The notes beneath the pieces were generated by a model that worked only from the letters and a program-made list of their open reading frames with translations, was not told the DNA's origin and made no database searches. A stretch of DNA of 64,000 nt, from the NCBI GenBank assembly GCA_902799655.1, contig CADCBH010000009.1:3619-67618 (forward strand), in the 5' to 3' direction. The position numbers and the translations under genes were made by a program. Of this stretch, positions 60,988 through 64,000 are shown one piece after another; the stretch's first letter is position 1; each line of letters starts with the position of its first letter. Origin of the DNA: an uncultured Bacteroidales bacterium (GTDB lineage: Bacteria; Bacteroidota; Bacteroidia; Bacteroidales; Bacteroidaceae).

Positions 60988-61055
60988 GTAGGTGCGCAAT
61001 GCTTAAAACACTCGTTTTTAGGTATTGCGCACCTAATTTATTTGCAATACCTTTG
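60988..61055 (+). promoter_or_regulatory. Paired palindromic operator and -7 box of DUF2023-flavodoxin operon
   Basis: 20-bp inverted repeat 60989-61008/61016-61035; TTAGGT-N7-ACCTAA at 61018-61036; TACCTTTG at 61048-61055. Confidence 0.55.
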
Positions 61056-61076
61056 CAGTCAAATTTAAAATCAACT

Positions 61077-61466
61077 ATGACAACAACGAGAAAAGCAATC
61101 CCCACAGCCCTTCAGGTGCTGATGAATCACATCTACGAACTGCACAAAGGTGTACGCCACATGGTGCTCTTTACTTGTAACAATAAATACGGAGAACAGG
61201 TCATATCACGACTGAAGAGTCAGGGTATTCCCTATCTGTTACAACCTGCAGGAAGACAGAATCAGAATATTTACTTCGGACGACGAGAATGTCTGGAAGC
61301 TATCCGACTCATCGTCACCCGTCCGCTAAACGAACTCACGCCCGAAGAGGATTTTATCCTCGGCACTATGCTCGGCTATGATCTATGCGCACAATGCGAA
61401 CGGTATTGCAAACGTAAAGGACAATGTGAGGGCAAGTGCGACGGACATTGCATCAACAAGAATTAA
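61077..61466 (+). CDS. DUF2023 family protein
   Basis: HIYELHKGVRHMVLFT, LTPEEDFILGTMLGYD, QCERYC; ATG 61077. Confidence 0.85.
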   Translation: MTTTRKAIPTALQVLMNHIYELHKGVRHMVLFTCNNKYGEQVISRLKSQGIPYLLQPAGRQNQNIYFGRRECLEAIRLIVTRPLNELTPEEDFILGTMLGYDLCAQCERYCKRKGQCEGKCDGHCINKN

Positions 61467-61486
61467 CCACATATATTTATATAAAA

Positions 61487-61981
61487 ATGAATGCAACAAT
61501 TGTAATCTATGGTTCCTCAACAGGAACCTGCGAGGCTATCGCAGAGAAGATCGCCTTGAAACTGGGCTGCAAGGCCCTGAACGTACAGGACTTGACAGCC
61601 GACATCGTTAGTGTTAACCAGAACCTGATCCTCGGTACCTCGACGTGGGGCGCAGGAGAATTGCAGGACGACTGGTACGACGGACTGAAGACGCTACAAG
61701 GCGCAGACCTTAGTGGCAAGACCATCGCCCTCTTCGGCTGTGGCGATTGCTCTTCGTACAGCGACACCTTCGTAGGCGGTATGGGCGAACTCTACAACGG
61801 TATTAAGGATAGTGGTGCCAGGTTCATCGGTGCTGTTGAAACCGACGGCTACACCTTCGACGACTCGGAGGCTGTCATTGACGGCAAGTTCATCGGTCTG
61901 CCCCTCGACGACATCAACGAGGATGATAAGACCGACACCCGCATTGAGGCCTGGATAGCCGCTATCTCTCCCAATTTGTAA
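61487..61981 (+). CDS. fldA: Long-chain flavodoxin
   Basis: YGSSTGTCE, GTSTWGAGELQDDW, FGCGD, GLPLDDINE; ATG 61487. Confidence 0.9.
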   Translation: MNATIVIYGSSTGTCEAIAEKIALKLGCKALNVQDLTADIVSVNQNLILGTSTWGAGELQDDWYDGLKTLQGADLSGKTIALFGCGDCSSYSDTFVGGMGELYNGIKDSGARFIGAVETDGYTFDDSEAVIDGKFIGLPLDDINEDDKTDTRIEAWIAAISPNL

Positions 61982-61994
61982 TCAAAAGGGAACT

Positions 61995-62606
61995 ATGGGA
62001 CTAATAAAGAAGCTATTCACTAACTGTGCCTGTCCGCAAGGAAGGATGGGACGTGCCATGTTGAAGTTCATGAACCTCTGTCATGCGCCACTGACGAACT
62101 GGGGGCTGAAACTCGTCGATATTCAAGACGGCTGGACGATTCTCGACATCGGATGCGGTGGCGGAGCCACCTTGCAGCGATTGTTGAAACGGAGTCAGGA
62201 TGCTAAGGTCTATGGTATCGACATCTCTGAGGAAAGCGTGGCAAAAGCCAAAAAGGTAAATACCAAAGTGCTTGATAAACAAGTATTCGTTACTCAAGGT
62301 TCAGCCGAGAGGCTTCCCTACGAAGACGGGAAGTTCGACCTCGTGACAGCAGTAGAAACGGTGTATTTCTGGCCCAACCTGCCTGACTGTCTGCAAGAGG
62401 TACACCGTGTACTGAAGCCTGGTGGAAAGTTCGTCATCATGGTGGAGGTCGTTGATAGCGATTCCATGTGGACCAGCGTTGTGGAGGGTATGACAGCCTA
62501 TTCACCAGAGGATTTGAAAACGATGCTTGATGACGCTGGCTTCACTCAGACGGAAATCCACCGTAAGAAACCAACGTATGCCACGATTATCGGCTTGAAA
62601 GGTTAA
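61995..62606 (+). CDS. Class I SAM-dependent methyltransferase
   Basis: LDIGCGGG, GIDIS, GSAERLP, RVLKPGG. Confidence 0.9.
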   Translation: MGLIKKLFTNCACPQGRMGRAMLKFMNLCHAPLTNWGLKLVDIQDGWTILDIGCGGGATLQRLLKRSQDAKVYGIDISEESVAKAKKVNTKVLDKQVFVTQGSAERLPYEDGKFDLVTAVETVYFWPNLPDCLQEVHRVLKPGGKFVIMVEVVDSDSMWTSVVEGMTAYSPEDLKTMLDDAGFTQTEIHRKKPTYATIIGLKG

Positions 62607-62807
62607 AAGGTTTTTTTAAATAAATCATAAATTTACAGAGAATTCTTACCTGCCAACCCTCACAACGCGAAAACCGACATTAGCATAGCCTTTCGTTCCG
62701 TCGCGGCTATCATCGGAATACTCGCTACGGCAACTGTCGCGACTGCTGTCTATGTATATGACCCAGAAATAGGAAGAAAGTAAAAACAGTATTCAGAAAA
62801 AACAATT

Positions 62808-62840
62808 AATCCCAAGCCGAAATGATGTCGGTTTGGGATT
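62808..62840. other. 33-bp palindromic site B
   Basis: AATCCCA-AGCCGA-AATGATG-TCGGTT-TGGGATT; -7 box TATCTTTG follows at 62848-62855. Confidence 0.6.
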
Positions 62841-63090
62841 TATTGCGTATCTTTGCAACTTGAAAGCTAAGCCGTAAAGTACGGACAATCCCATATCTAT
62901 CAAAAGAACATCTCCAATATAACCAACGAGTAGCCCTAATATAACAAGGATACAGCAAGCGAGTAGCACCCATTCTTGTTCGGTAGATGTCCGGATTCGT
63001 TGAAAAATTCGGGGTGTTCATTGAATATAATTGGTGAACAGCCTATTTATCCTTACCTTTACAGCAAAATTTGTAAACTACTAAGTGAAT

Positions 63091-63465
63091 ATGAAAAAAA
63101 TCATTTTATTTCTGACCATGCTGGTAGGGGGCCTGACTGCACAGGCCGAGGACTATACCTACCTGACTTTTGAGACGACGGACGGGGCGAAGGCATCGGT
63201 ATCCGTTGCTTCTGACGTGACGCTGAGCATCAGCGGGACTACACTGACGGCAGGAACACAACAATTCACCCTCTCGAATCTGAGCAAGATGTACTTCTCG
63301 ACATCGGATGAAACAACAGGGATAAGTGAAGTAATGAAGGCCAACTTAGACGAGGCTACGGAAATCTACGACCTGCAGGGCCACAAGGTGAGCAAGGAAC
63401 AGATGCGCTGTGGCGTGTATATCGTGAAAACAAAAAGCAGGACTTATAAAATGGTGGTAAGATGA
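63091..63465 (+). CDS. Small secreted protein with Prevotella-type T9SS C-terminal sorting domain
   Basis: Signal peptide; TTGISEV...IYDLQGHKV...GVYIVK...KMVVR. Confidence 0.75.
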   Translation: MKKIILFLTMLVGGLTAQAEDYTYLTFETTDGAKASVSVASDVTLSISGTTLTAGTQQFTLSNLSKMYFSTSDETTGISEVMKANLDEATEIYDLQGHKVSKEQMRCGVYIVKTKSRTYKMVVR

Positions 63466-64000
63466 GACGGATCGTATTATCAATAATTGCCCTCGTGCTG
63501 ACGATAGCAGCAGGGGCGCAGACGCTGAACGTCAAGGTGGGTAGCGTGACCTATCAGTTTCCCGCCTCGCAGACGGGTGAGATGACTTACGCCAATGGCG
63601 AGACGGTTACCATCATGGGCAAGACGTTTACGTTGGCTGATATCACAGTGATGACGGTGGACAACAGCGAAATCACCGACGGCACGATTGCCGTCAGTTA
63701 CGACGGATCAACGGCGTCGGTAACGATAGCTGGTAACGTGGCGCAGTACGTCACGCCAACCGTTAGCGGGGCACATGTGTCGATAGCCCAGAGCGACGAC
63801 TTGGCTGAGGAGATTACCTACACGCTGAGCGGTACATCCACCGACGGCGAGTTCTATATGTCGGGCTCGTACAAGGCTACGATAGAGCTGAACGGCCTGA
63901 CGCTGACCAACGCGACGCCAGTATATAGTGGTGCCGCCGTACACATCCAAAACGGCAAGCGTATCAAGGTGAAGCCCATTACCGGCACGACCAGCACACT
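63462..64000 (+). CDS. Carbohydrate-binding domain protein (DUF4353/Cthe_2159-like), truncated by window end
   Basis: Manual translation MRRIVLSIIALVLTIAAGAQ...ITYTLSGTSTDGEFYMSGSYKATIELNGLTLTN...AVHIQNGKRI; no stop before the edge, so absent from the ORF track. Confidence 0.75.
   Translation, partial: MRRIVLSIIALVLTIAAGAQTLNVKVGSVTYQFPASQTGEMTYANGETVTIMGKTFTLADITVMTVDNSEITDGTIAVSYDGSTASVTIAGNVAQYVTPTVSGAHVSIAQSDDLAEEITYTLSGTSTDGEFYMSGSYKATIELNGLTLTNATPVYSGAAVHIQNGKRIKVKPITGTTST

Noticed and set aside
661-61486. Upstream extensions in the ORF track (starts 661, 15079, 15202, 21884, 32867, 57966, 60999, 61436)
   Set aside because: They cross -7 promoter boxes, the tRNA or upstream genes; downstream ATGs fit the protein families.
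62869-62886. AAGCCGTA..GTACGG resembling group II intron domain V
   Set aside because: Central helix and bulge are absent, with no other intron domains or RT gene.
62806-63021. 71-aa minus-strand ORF
   Set aside because: Antisense to a promoter and structured leader; no protein-like features.
949-63950. The many 60-225 aa ORFs in the track that overlap larger genes on other frames or strands
   Set aside because: Shadow ORFs of GC-rich coding sequence; no motifs, promoters or plausible starts. The exceptions used above are the two fba pieces and the YjbR remnant.

Overview
Chromosomal window from a Prevotella-like (Prevotellaceae, Bacteroidota) genome, judged from gene content and the many TAnnTTTG -7 promoter boxes. 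Mostly core genes: porG-uppS-bamA-3x ompH-murI, lolE-like/rbfA/3x FKBP, cobB, S41 protease, tRNA-Asn, nnr, hpt-adk-obgE, M23 peptidases, recG-ispD-DJ1-pdxJ, nadK and tcdA. It also has a GntR(YtrA)-type ABC operon running into a MacAB-TolC-type exporter, and a beta-glucan/cello-oligosaccharide PUL (SusC/D, surface binding protein, two GH5s, GH94 phosphorylase, MFS, kinase-less HTCS-like regulator). Accessory blocks are a STAS plus Cache-HAMP-PP2C-HATPase partner-switch module and a mosaic redox island (UGSC-like fusion, DUF2023, flavodoxin, methyltransferase). The fba gene carries two frameshifting internal deletions. Most interesting unannotated signals: (1) an ORF-less ~110-nt transcript inside the PUL whose promoter copies the operator architecture of the susC promoter, i.e. 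a candidate co-regulated PUL sRNA; (2) a self-contained unit for a 31-aa hydrophobic peptide; (3) four strand-oriented TCGA-core 8-bp arrays plus other 7-9-bp arrays just after stop codons; (4) two 33-bp 13+7+13 palindromes flanking the redox island. No CRISPR array, transposase or integrase was seen. All family assignments are by eye from motifs; no database searches were run.
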